A stretch of 64,000 nt of DNA, taken from the NCBI RefSeq assembly GCF_000150275.1, contig NW_002060947.1:542695-606694 (forward strand), written 5' to 3'. Below, piece after piece: positions 1-11,380 of the stretch (its first letter is position 1; every line of letters begins with the position of its first letter). The DNA is from Trichoplax adhaerens. Its lineage: Eukaryota > Animalia > Placozoa. A model generated the notes under the pieces. That model searched no databases and had not been told where the DNA came from. It saw only the letters and a program-made list of their open reading frames with translations. The translations under genes and the position numbers were made by a program.

Positions 1-1223
1 AGTTTTGGTGATCTTTAAAAATTGTTTTCGTTATATACAGTAAAGGAATAAAGAGAGAGTTAAGGATCTCAGTTGGTTCTTCTATTCATTCACATATTTG
101 CTTATAAAAGCATAGTCGGTCTCTTAGGACTTAGAATTGTGTAAAAATTTATAATATTTTAATTTGATTATAATTAAAAGAGTTATTGACTTGTTTATTT
201 TGATCTCTTAAGATGTAACTGTACAATTCTTATCGGTAAAAGGCCATCTTGTGCTTAAAATTTTTAATAATCAGTATGACCTTATAGTTTAATTCAAAGC
301 AGGGAAATACTATCTTGCACGCCATTAAGGTTGACAGTAATAAGATGTTTTACGGTAGGCATACGTATTATTATGAAGTACCACAAACAATTTGAATCAA
401 AGATAACGAAGAAGAGTTTTAAGCATCGATAGAACTAGGTTCACGGTTAATTCTTCATGTTTTTATAAATACTTTTATCCAGAAAACAATCATTCTGACT
501 CCAAAGTAAAATATTAGACATAGATAAGTGATTAATAGCCATTAAATCAGCGTTTAAATTATTGTAAAGTAGGCCGAAAGCAACTAGTTAGCAATACCAA
601 TAAATGCAGCTTAGATATAAATTGATTTTAGCAGTATCCATACTTTTATAAATTAAGTCTACGAGAAGATACGATTTAGAACACTGAATAGTTTGTAGCA
701 GGTTAATATTTGTCAATATCTCATTCATGTTGGATAGTTGATAAAGTATATTAAGCGTATAAATCCTGTCTCAAGTCAAAGTTAATCTTATCTAATATTC
801 AATGGTTATAGTATCACAACATCGCTTATAATCTAAAAGCTGGTCATGAATGACTTGGAATTAAATGATAGGAACCGTTGATACTATAGATGTGAGTGAG
901 CATTAGTAAGACTATATCGATTATGTCTATTTTTTTGATTGCGAAAGCTAAATTGCAAAGACTGCATCTAAAACGTTGAGTAATGGAATACTTTAGGAAT
1001 ACTATTGAAATTGGATCGTACTAAACTGTGAGAAATGACGATAGACTATAAAGAATATCGTTTAATAAAACAGCTATAGTAAAGTTCCCGTTTCAAATGA
1101 AAGGGTATATATTCTACACAAAGCAATATATTAAAATGAAAATTTACAGCTAGATTATTTCTTACTACTGTATATATATGCTTACTAAGGTAAAAATTAT
1201 AAGCGGTAGGACGTACAAGACGA

Positions 1224-2146
1224 TTAATCTTGGTTTCGAACACGACTTATCATTTGATAATTGTCATTACTAACTGCACGTAATAAAATCAAAGGCTACT
1301 GTATTAGAGCACTCTTATTAAATATAGCTGTATTTTTATTAATCATGCCTTCCAGATAGGCCTTAATTATATTTCCATTGCTATTAAGACTTGACAATCT
1401 TACCTTGGTGAGCAGTAACAAAAAAAAGTTCATGATGCGAAGGCAGACGATTTGTTTTATGTTCATCATTGAATGCTTTTGTAGGTGAACAATAACAGGA
1501 TAGCAGTCTTTTGGGCTATTAAATAAACGTTACCAACAAATTATTTGGATAAATTCTGAATCACTATAAAGTAATACGAATTAAAGGGAATTTTATAGAT
1601 AACAGCTATTACCTGCATGATTTTGTCGTATTCAGTCTTATCAGAACCATTCTCTTGACTAATTTTAATAAATCCCAGATAAAAAATGAATATTTCAAAA
1701 ATAAGCGAAATTTAAACTCCTCCTTATACAGTATCTAAATGGATATGCCATTCTGAGCTCGCTACACGAACATACAGAATTAATAATCGAGATAGAATAC
1801 TTCTCGTAATGATAAGTTAGCTACTAATATCTATAAAATCTGATAAAGCGGTGTAATTTGATTTACATCTGTAAGATTCTTCGACTGAAAGTGGTACTAA
1901 CAATGATTAGTTGCGAGTTCATTTAAATCAATCGAATTTGTATTATAGTAAAAAGCATCAAAAACTATAATTTGAAGGTGTACGATAACAGACAAACAAT
2001 CTAGCATGAACTTGTAGGCCTCTGCATAAATGGATGAAGAAAAAAATGGTTCTTAAATATATTACAACCGCATAAACCTACCTTTTATCCATTATAGCCA
2101 GCTGATCAACTTGGTAAACGTTTACGGTGCAAGATACGATCTTTAG
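1224..2146 (-). CDS. Possible small multi-exon gene of unknown function, divergent from metaxin (5' end unresolved)
   Basis: Candidate AG/GT-bounded exons 2146-2082, 1658-1613, 1515-1404 and 1273-1224 join in compatible phases into an open frame (...MDKSQENGSDKTEYDKIMQPKRLLSCYCSPTKAFNDEHKTNRLPSHHELFFVTAHQVSNDNYQMISRVRNQD*). Donors are gtaggt, gtaata and gtaaga. No recognisable homology. Confidence 0.25.
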
Positions 2147-4717
2147 CTGTTATTGCTGATAAAATATTAGAATTGTATACTGATACTCTTCCTATTTTAT
2201 TCAATGAGACTAATACTCAACCTTATGTCAATATATGAGAAATTTTAATGCAATTAGTATTAGATCAATCAGTGGAAAATTGCTAGTAAGGTAATCCATT
2301 TAGTTGACCGATGAATCATTCTATCATATTGCGATATTTTAAAAATTAAGTAATTGAATACATCTCTCTCAGTGAATTATTATGATAACGTAAATTTGTA
2401 AGTAAATTTAATTTTGGAACATGGACTATGTAATTAATAAAACATGAAAATTGCTGGCATCGCTTTACTCTATTTGCGCTAACATTTGTTGATTGCATAG
2501 AAATCCACTGATTACAGTTACGCGTATGGCAGAAATGGCTGTTAACAAGATAGTGACATATTGTATAAATTATGGCCAAAACAGTGAGATTCAATCTCTC
2601 AAGATGGATTGTATTAGGAAACCTGAATGGTACTGAATTTTGTTACTGGTATTTCTAGTACATGCCCACTATTTTATGGAGTCCAATTTTTATTAGCTCT
2701 ACCTACGCAATACATCTTCTATCTTATAACCTGTGTCTAAGAAAGTTTTATCTATCGATAATATAGGAAATTAAGTACACGGGGGACATTGAAAATATGC
2801 GCGGAAGCGATTTGTTTTTACTTTTGGCATGATAGATACACGTATGAGAGTTAATTCAATTTACTTAAAATCAAATTCATTCATATAGCTTATTCACGAT
2901 AGACGTTGGTACGTTATTCAAAAATTTAATTAAATAATATAACGAGGCGGATCAGAATGAAAGCTTCGATTAGCCATAGTAAGTTTTTAATTAATTATTG
3001 AATTAATAACCGTGCTTTAAATCCACGATTGCAAATGGGTATTTTGTCTTTTTTACGTTTTTGCTAACTTCATGGTAACCAGAAGAGAAAGATTCGGACG
3101 AGAAATCATTGTAACACAATTGCTAGATATGTAATGATACGAATATAAGTAGAGGAAATTGTATGACATCTACATTTAATGCATGTTGTATACGTCTTAT
3201 AATAATCTCTGATATCAAAAACGACTGGCGGTTCCCAAGCTCCGTCTATGAAATTACAATATCTTAACTTTTATTGCCAGATAAGAATCTAATTCTCTTC
3301 CATTGCATGTTGTAAGCGTCATACAATCATTTCAAAAGATAATGCGCCACTACTGGCCATTTAACTACATCCAAAACTTTACTGATAATTGAAACTCCCT
3401 TACTCTATAATGAGACAACGAGTCTGTCCTGTTAAGCTAATGGAATTGCTTATTTTATTGCCTTTAGCGCAAGTAGATATTTATAACATGTGATCTTAAT
3501 ACGTTAGATGGTAGAAGTGTGGATAAGCCAGATAGAAGGTGTCATTCCTATTTCTATAAATCATATATATATATATATATAGTTCTAAGGATCCTCCAGT
3601 TGATCCAATTATATTAATACTCCGAGATAAGCCATGGTATTACAATATGGGCGATGTTACAAGTAACTTACAACATACTCAACGTAATGCCTAAGTAGTA
3701 CTAGGGCATGGTATCTATCATTTTGTTCCATTTTTTAAGCATGACACGAAGATGTGGATTAATATGAGTATTTTGTAAATAATAGCGCGTATCTGATGAT
3801 TAATCCGACACCAGACTTATCACTTGATCCATAACCAATGATTATCTGGTTAGAAAGGTAAAATTTTTAATTTAATACGCCTTTAAGTAATATCTATTAA
3901 ACTATGAATTAATCCACTGCACTCATTTGAACAGACTGCGAAATATTATCTCCGAACTCAGTTCAATAACCATTCAAATTTGATGTCCATTTCAGATGAT
4001 TAACAATACGTTACAAATGTACTTCCACTTTACATTCTTATGATAATATGTATCTTGAAAGCGCATTTAATTTGCTTATGATACTCTCCAATTATATTAC
4101 GAAGAAAATTTGACTTTCGTTTAGCAATATTAATATAATCCATTCATTTGAAATCATCTTCAACCTGGCTAGGGTACTAAAGTAATGCTAGTAGAATGAA
4201 GAAGTTTAAAATACTATAGGTGATTTGTCACGGAACTACGTTTCTTGCTGATTAATACCTATCGTAGTTTTGTTGTAATCGTGTATTGGTATTTATTATT
4301 TTGTAGAGTAATTCATGATTTCTGCTATCATGTAAGTTAACAACAGTATATTTGACACCGTAAAACCCTGTCGTGTTTGCGATGTTTTAATTGAGTTAAC
4401 ATCCGGATCAAGTGCATTACTGTAGGCGGACCCAGCCAATTTTTATACTACATCATTTACAAATAGTCCAGAACGCTAGTCTAAACCGGATATCCTTTAA
4501 TTAAGATGTCTGCTTTTAAAAAAGGAGCCACATGCTATCTTTGGATCAGCCGCTGCAATGGAGGAACGCAATGGCTGCACTTGTCCGTTGTCAACATACA
4601 CTATCCATTTTAGTATTTTGACCATAGACGACGGAACAGGTCTACGATCATCCGTACGAACTTCCATCCGCACGTTTTTGGGCACCCAACCTCTTAGTGA
4701 TTACTAAATCCATACCG

Positions 4718-4865
4718 CCTAGCACAACACTGGCCTCCACATACAGTACAGTGCATCTCCTAGCACAACACTGGTCTCCACATACTGTACACTGTACACT
4801 GTACAGTGCACAGTACTGTACAGTACACCCCCTAGCACAACACTGGTCTCTACATACAGTATAGT
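4718..4865. repeat. Three ~28-bp direct repeats (CCTAGCACAACACTGGYCTCYACATAC) separated by ACAGT-type spacers
   Basis: Copies start at 4718, 4759 and 4831. The spacers are of unequal length and built mostly from ACAGT/ACTGT units. Confidence 0.9.
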
Positions 4866-5110
4866 ACAGTACCGGAAGAGTCCTTGGACGCCATCATCTA
4901 ACGTGCTACAGTCGTACCCGATCGTACCTTACAGTAATACTGTACACTGTACACTGTACAGGACCATGTGACCAGGTTATACCTGTTGAAGGTTCGTTTC
5001 TTACAGTAGTTTGAAGCGCGCCGCGTCAACCAAGTACCAAATCAACCATGGTACTGTACATTACTGTACGTTGACTGGCACCGGCGCCAACTGCTGTCAG
5101 GCGGTACGAT
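4741..5110. promoter_or_regulatory. ACAGT/ACTGT pentamer-rich, GC-elevated putative promoter region of metaxin
   Basis: Dense tacagtacagt/actgtacactgt runs ending about 80-120 bp before the ATG at 5188. GC and CpG content is visibly higher than in the flanks. Confidence 0.6.
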
Positions 5111-5187
5111 ACGTTCAACGACAAAAGTCGCCAGAGGTAGCTCTTACTTTGAGCATTTAAGCTGTCAAGAAATCACAAATTAGAATT

Positions 5188-7408
5188 ATGGATTTACTCC
5201 ATTGGCCAGGAGATTATGGACTGGCATCCATCGATGTCGATTGCCTACATGTTATGGTATGTTGTACAATGGTTTCCATTTCAATTGGAAAGATAACCAT
5301 CAATTATGAATGAGATGACTAAAAATGGCATTGTTGTTTGCATGTTTGGAGCTGATAGCATTGTCATTTCTGCTTCGATAGTGCTAGAATCACCTTTAGT
5401 TGGAGAATCGTACTTAGTTGCAATAATATGTTTTCACGTAATACCCTCATTTTAGCTACAGTGATATCGAAAATAGAGGTTAGGTTGATATCTTCTTGTA
5501 TGGTGTATGAGTTGGACATATTCGTATTTCACTTTGCTTCGCTATGAGTCAACACTGGTAGCAGATGGAGCTCCTAGGGATCGATCCCTACCAAATCAAC
5601 CACCGTTTGCAGTAGAGTGATAACATTCCAATGATTTATTAGCCTTTAATTCAGCTTGCTAGCGTGATTTCTGTTAATGAAATGACCGATCTTGAAGAGT
5701 AATCTATTGCTGTAGCATGCGTAGGTTTTACAAGTCAGAATGAAACCCTGACCTTGCATTACACTATATTCATAGAAAATGTACAATATTATGGACAAGT
5801 TGTCAATGCCCAAATTTCCCCAATTTAAATATCATATTTTCCTATTGCAATGATGACTACAAAATTATAGAAAAAGAAATTTATTGAAGTTTTCCTTGAT
5901 GTACAGTATACTAAGGGTAAACGCACTCATCTTTAGGCTTACTGCAAAATGGCCAATATCGACATCCAGTTCAAGAAATACTCAAATACATTCAAAACAC
6001 CTAATGGTATACTCGTATATGTCAATGTACTAATTCGCATGAGATATATTCGTGTAGCTGTATTCAATACATTTGTATTGACTATCGTATGCTATACTAT
6101 ACGAGTAGGTAAACTCCCTCTCCTACGAGGAGAAAATGATGTCATCGATGGGAAAGAGAGGATCATAAAACACTTAAAACAGGTAGATGATTTGATGTAT
6201 AATAATACTAATTAGATGGTAAATGATTTATTTTCGTCATCATTGACTGACAAAGTGCAAGGTGCAATATGTAGTGTATCGTTCATAATCTCCTACTACC
6301 AACTCACTAAAATTAATTGCCATGATATTTAGGAAAGAGATTTGGAAGAGGGTCTGGATGGTAAAGTCCGGGCGGATATTTTAGCCTTTACAACATTGGT
6401 AGAAACGAAATTAAAGCCAGCCGTGGTAGATAATTAAATTGAATTGCCGAAATTTATGCGTTTAAATAAATTCCTTTATTACTGATCCTTAATGACACGT
6501 TTCATTTCACTATGACGACAGTTATATCTAAGCTGGGTAGATAGTGAAAATTTTACAAAGGTATCAAGGAAATGGTACGCAAACGTTCTTCCTTTTCCAT
6601 TAAATTATGTTGTTCCTGGTAAATTACATAGGCAAGCTAATAGTTACGTAGAGGCTTCATACAATTTAGATGAAAAGGCTATAGGTATTCAGGTTTGTGT
6701 ACTAAAATGAATGTTTCTGCTGTACTTGCTACTATTCTATTCAGAATTGCTATATAACAAGGGCTGTATTATTTCTAGGTTCTCAATACAGCTAAATGTT
6801 GTATTGATTTGTTAGCTGATCGACTAGGCGAATTAAATTTTTTTTGTGGTAATCGGTAAGTTGACCAAATTAATTTTGATAATATCTGCCTCGGAGTTGA
6901 ACAAATGATGTCAATGATATCCTGCTTTGAAGGTATAGCGAAATTGATACATGATTTTTAATTTATTATTTTGCTATGTTGCTTTTCAGGCCAACATCAC
7001 TCGATGCGATAGTTTACGCATATCTCGCAATCATTTGTAAAATTCAGCTTCACAATAATATCCTAAAGCCTCATTTACAGCGTTATCCTAACCTTATCAA
7101 TCTAGTCGATCGAATTCACAGAAATTATTTCCCTTCTAAAGAAGGTAATTGACGAATTTCGATGTTATGATTGCTATGCATACAGTACCTTAATTAAAGT
7201 ATGATTTTTTTTAATCTTAACAATGCTATTAGAGCCATCCACGCCTTCTGTAAGTAGCAGCGATTTTAGACTAGTAGATAAACTATACTTTGCTGGAATG
7301 GCTATTGGTGCTACGTTAGCGTACACTGTTTTAAGTGGTTTCGTAACTATTGCTGCTGTTGATGAAGATGAAGATGAAGATGATATGGTTGATTTTGATG
7401 ATGAGTGA
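5188..7408 (+). CDS. MTX1: Metaxin-1/3-like mitochondrial outer-membrane protein (8 coding exons)
   Basis: Exons 5188-5256, 5937-6006, 6109-6182, 6333-6425, 6522-6692, 6779-6855, 6990-7144 and 7233-7408 splice in frame: MDLLHWPGDYGLASIDVDCLHVMAYCKM..., GKLPLL, WVDSENFTKVSRKWYANVLPFPLNY, LGELNFFCGNRPTSLDAIVYAYL, then a C-terminal TM segment and acidic tail. MTX1 vs MTX3 orthology cannot be resolved. Confidence 0.92.
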
Positions 7409-8862
7409 CATTTTGTTACGGCGCCCATAGATATATAACTATTACTGAATTGTATTACTTTGTGCCGGAATCTGTCGTAACGATAGTAATTTAAAGTAAG
7501 TGGATGTTATTATACGACTGAAGGGCTTTTCGTATGATGCTTGCATCGATGAGTTATTGTGGATGATGCTTTCCTAACTTACCAACAATTTAGAGATGCG
7601 ATATTGAATACTTTACTAAGACGACTCTAGCAGCTACAGTAATTGGATCTATTTAATGGATTTTTACATGGAATAAACTTTTATTTTATTATCATTTATT
7701 AAATATATAATACTGTACGCCTACTTTCGATTGCCAAAAGCGCGGCTTGGTTCAGTCTAAAAGCCAATCTTGTACAGGTGTAACTCACTACAGTAAGATT
7801 GTTTATCGTTTCATATGTCATGAGCTGCCTATGAGACATAAAAAGGTGTCAATACATGTAGAATAGACTGTATTAACGATGGCTGTTACCTAGTGATTTA
7901 ATTATATTGCAGTAAGCTCTCCTTTGTGATGCTTATTTTACTCGTATAAAAAATATTTTACTGCAGCAGGCCTTGGAAGGCATAATAAGAAAGATAATAA
8001 ACGACAACCTTGGATTACTCCAAAGGTATCTCTTTAGAGGTTTAAGGCAAAATTTATGGCGAGAAACAGACCTCTACTATCCAAGTTCATCTGTTACGTA
8101 CCAACGTCGATTCCTTGCATCTTTCAATAATTTAATGAGTTTCATGTCCAAATTTTAGATGTAATTTATTTTACAAATCCTGCAACTAGACTGTTACTGG
8201 CAGTGTATCAAGTTTACACACTCATAAGAAATTAGCTCAACCCATCTTTATCAGCTACATTGGCTATTAGATTGCTACAACGATAGGCTGAAGCCATGTT
8301 TCAACTTACTGTGCCAATATTCTAATGGCCAGATGATCAGATATGATACCTGTAAAGTGTACATTTATTGTATGTCTAAATGCCCTGACAATTCGAAAAT
8401 CAATATACGAGTACGTAGTAAAATTCAAAATAGGATTTTAGCTAACATTGAATGAGCTCAACCGTTTGCAATCATGTTCAGTATCCATCGAATCGAGTTA
8501 CTAAACGAAGGAATCTCCAGTCCAATCGAATGTGGAAACTGGGGACTGCTAACCCTAGCACTTAATCTATTCAATTAAGGAAAGGAGTCGCTGGATGAAT
8601 TGCAGTAGCAGATTGTGTTTCGTCACCACTTCGCAACTTTACCACCCGGCACTACTCTTCTTTCGAGTAATCCCTGTTACCATTTAAGCTTTAACCGTGC
8701 TGTACGTGTACAGTACAGGTATTATTTTACCAACATTGACAGACAGATGGATCATCTTGAGCAACCAACAAGACTACTAAATTCTTCTCTCCATGCAAAA
8801 CGATGCTTACTCATCGATACCAAATTATAGACTACTAGTAATTTCGAGTAGTCCATCCGTCG

Positions 8863-8910
8863 AGAAAATAAGAATGAGTGTCCATGGCCAAATTCTCATT
8901 CTTATTTTCT
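8863..8910. repeat. Perfect 16-bp inverted repeat with a 16-nt loop
   Basis: AGAAAATAAGAATGAG (8863-8878) is the reverse complement of CTCATTCTTATTTTCT (8895-8910). Confidence 0.9.
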
Positions 8911-9706
8911 TCACTCCCTTTTAATAAAAGCGTTTTCATCTTCATTTTAAGAGGTGGGATAAAACCTAGTGGAGATCATTTTGGGGTGGGATGGGAGATT
9001 ATTGCGCATGACCATTAGCCGAAAAATGAAAGGCGGACTACTTAATTATTAGAAGAAAAGCTAGTCATGGACTACAGTACTGTGGTCGCATGGACTCGTA
9101 GAGGAAAGAAGAAGAACTCTATCGGGCATAGACTACTAGAAGAGGTATTTTCCAATTCATAGTCCTAGCCTGCTCTGCACTCAACTACTCATTAGTCACC
9201 TACGTCCTATAGTACTGTACAGTCCGTTATTTCTGAGTAGTTTCTGAATCGCGTTAAAACCAAGTGTTTCAACACTGGTTAAAACCGAACCGGCACGGCC
9301 AGCTTGTCTGTCATTCACCTTGTCAACCAACACTTTGACTGATTAATTAGCTTACTGCACTAGTATCTCTCTTATTTTCTTTTAATAGTCCAGGCTATAT
9401 CGAGCGCATTTTAGTCTAGCCTAGGTCTGATTGAAATCCTCTCTGGTGAATTAGAATACTAGTCGTAGAACTCCAATCTGGTCTTATACATTACCTTGAA
9501 TCGTGTCCATTTTGGATAGTAGTAATTGGAAACCGGTACGGAACAGTTCTACGACCTTCAAAAAGCAAGGTCGTATTTCCATGCGTATCTTAGTAACTGG
9601 ACTTTAAAGTCAAGCCTATCAATCCATGCGATATTGGATACTAGTCGATGCTGTTTTGCAACATTATTATTTAGAAATTCTAATTGATTGAAGTGAATCC
9701 ACTATC

Positions 9707-11380
9707 ATGGACAAGAACAGTAATAGTCGGTCTCCTGGACGTAAGGAAGTATCGGTCAGGGAGTCGTCGACTCTTACCTATATTTCGCAGTTAATCAAAG
9801 ATACTGTAGCCGGTGCTGCTGCAGGTGCGGCGTGCGTGGTAGCTGGCCAACCGCTTGATACTGTCAAAGTCAAGATGCAAACTTTTTCCCATTTATATCG
9901 AGGTTCATTGCAGTGCTTTATGCAAACATTCAAAAGTGAAGGTTTAAGAGGCCTATATGCTGGTTCCTCGCCAGCATTTCTTACCAATGTTGCTGAAAAT
10001 TCTGTCCTATTCTTGAGCTATGGTCAATGTTTGAGTGCTACGCAATACCTATTTCATAAAGATTCGATTGAAGACCTAAAGCCAGTCCATCGAGCGATTG
10101 CAGGAAGCATGGCTGCTGTTGTTGCTACTTTGGTCATATGTCCAACAGGTTGATTAGATGGTGTATGTGTAGTTTAGCTTGAATTTGTTATAAACTAAGA
10201 TAAACACCAGTTATTGTAGAAAAGCAGCCATTCATACGGTGGTAATGTAGTACAACAATGAAATGAATATTATTATACCATACAACTTAATCCACTAAGT
10301 AAGCCATATTGAGGACAATTCGTTCCAGTAGTTCTTCATCGACGTGCAGTAACAGCTAACATTGACGCTTTGTCTTGATTGTATTATTCTTTTTGCAAAT
10401 GATTACAGAATTGGTTAAATGTCGTCTCCAAGCACATGCACAACTCGTGGAAAAAATGTTAAGTGAAGGAGTTGCAAAGTCAAAAATTCCCAAACAGTAA
10501 ATCTAATCTATTATTATTTGCTATTACTGCTCGGATGCAAGGTTACATTCTTCACAATTGTAGGATTGCTAAGGGCTCATTTATTCTTCAATCTAGAATG
10601 TCTTCACTAAAAGTCCTATCAAGTGTTTTACGAGAAGAAGGAATTCGTGGATTATATCGTGGCTATTCAAGTACACTAATACGAGATCCTGGTGGATATT
10701 TCTTTTTTTTCTTTGGTTATGAATTTACAAAGAAAGCTCTAACACCTAAAGATTCTGAACCTGGTTGTTATTCCCTTGATCAATTATAACATCAAATAGT
10801 TCTCAATGAATTGATGCGTAGATTGAAGCTAATACATTCAGTGATTCGTTGTTACTGTATTCGCCATATTGTTAATGTTATACGTAAATTCTACAGGTGT
10901 ATTAACAACAATGTTTGCTGGCGGTATGGGAGGTGCTGCATTATGGACTGTAATATATCCTTTAGATTTGGTAAAATCGAGGCAACAGGTCAGATAATAA
11001 TTAATTGAACGCCGTTAAAGTGACATTTTATTCGTTCTTAACTGTAAAACTTGAAAATGATTATGTACATATATTGATGCTAAGGTATTTGCTAAAGCTG
11101 AACAGCGTGGATTTGTTAGGATGCTTTCCGAAATATCACGGACTACAGGTACTATCTTCGCCTGTAAAACTGTCATATCGTAAACTGCTGCATACTCCGA
11201 TAAGCACGTTTGAAACAACATAATGAAGGGCTGTTGTAGTAATAGTTTCTTATTACTTACTTGCATTAAACAGGATTTTTCTCACTATACCGCGGATTAG
11301 CACCAACCATAATTCGTTCCTTTCCGGCTAATGGAGCCTTGTTCTTGACATATGAATATACTAAAAAATTACTGGCTTAG
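9707..11380 (+). CDS. SLC25A15: Mitochondrial ornithine/basic amino acid carrier (SLC25A15/ORNT1-like), 6 coding exons
   Basis: Exons 9707-10148, 10409-10496, 10597-10763, 10897-10988, 11085-11148 and 11274-11380. Three carrier signatures [20 protein letters not shown] and [14 protein letters not shown]-type motifs [25 protein letters not shown] and [14 protein letters not shown]. Confidence 0.92.

Noticed and set aside
4718-4865. CRISPR-like repeat-spacer appearance
   Set aside because: Only three repeats, with unequal low-complexity spacers, no cas genes, and a eukaryotic intron-rich context.
7360-7408. Acidic (GATGAA)n tail of metaxin as a novelty
   Set aside because: An acidic tail after the TM segment is also typical of metaxin-1 proteins.
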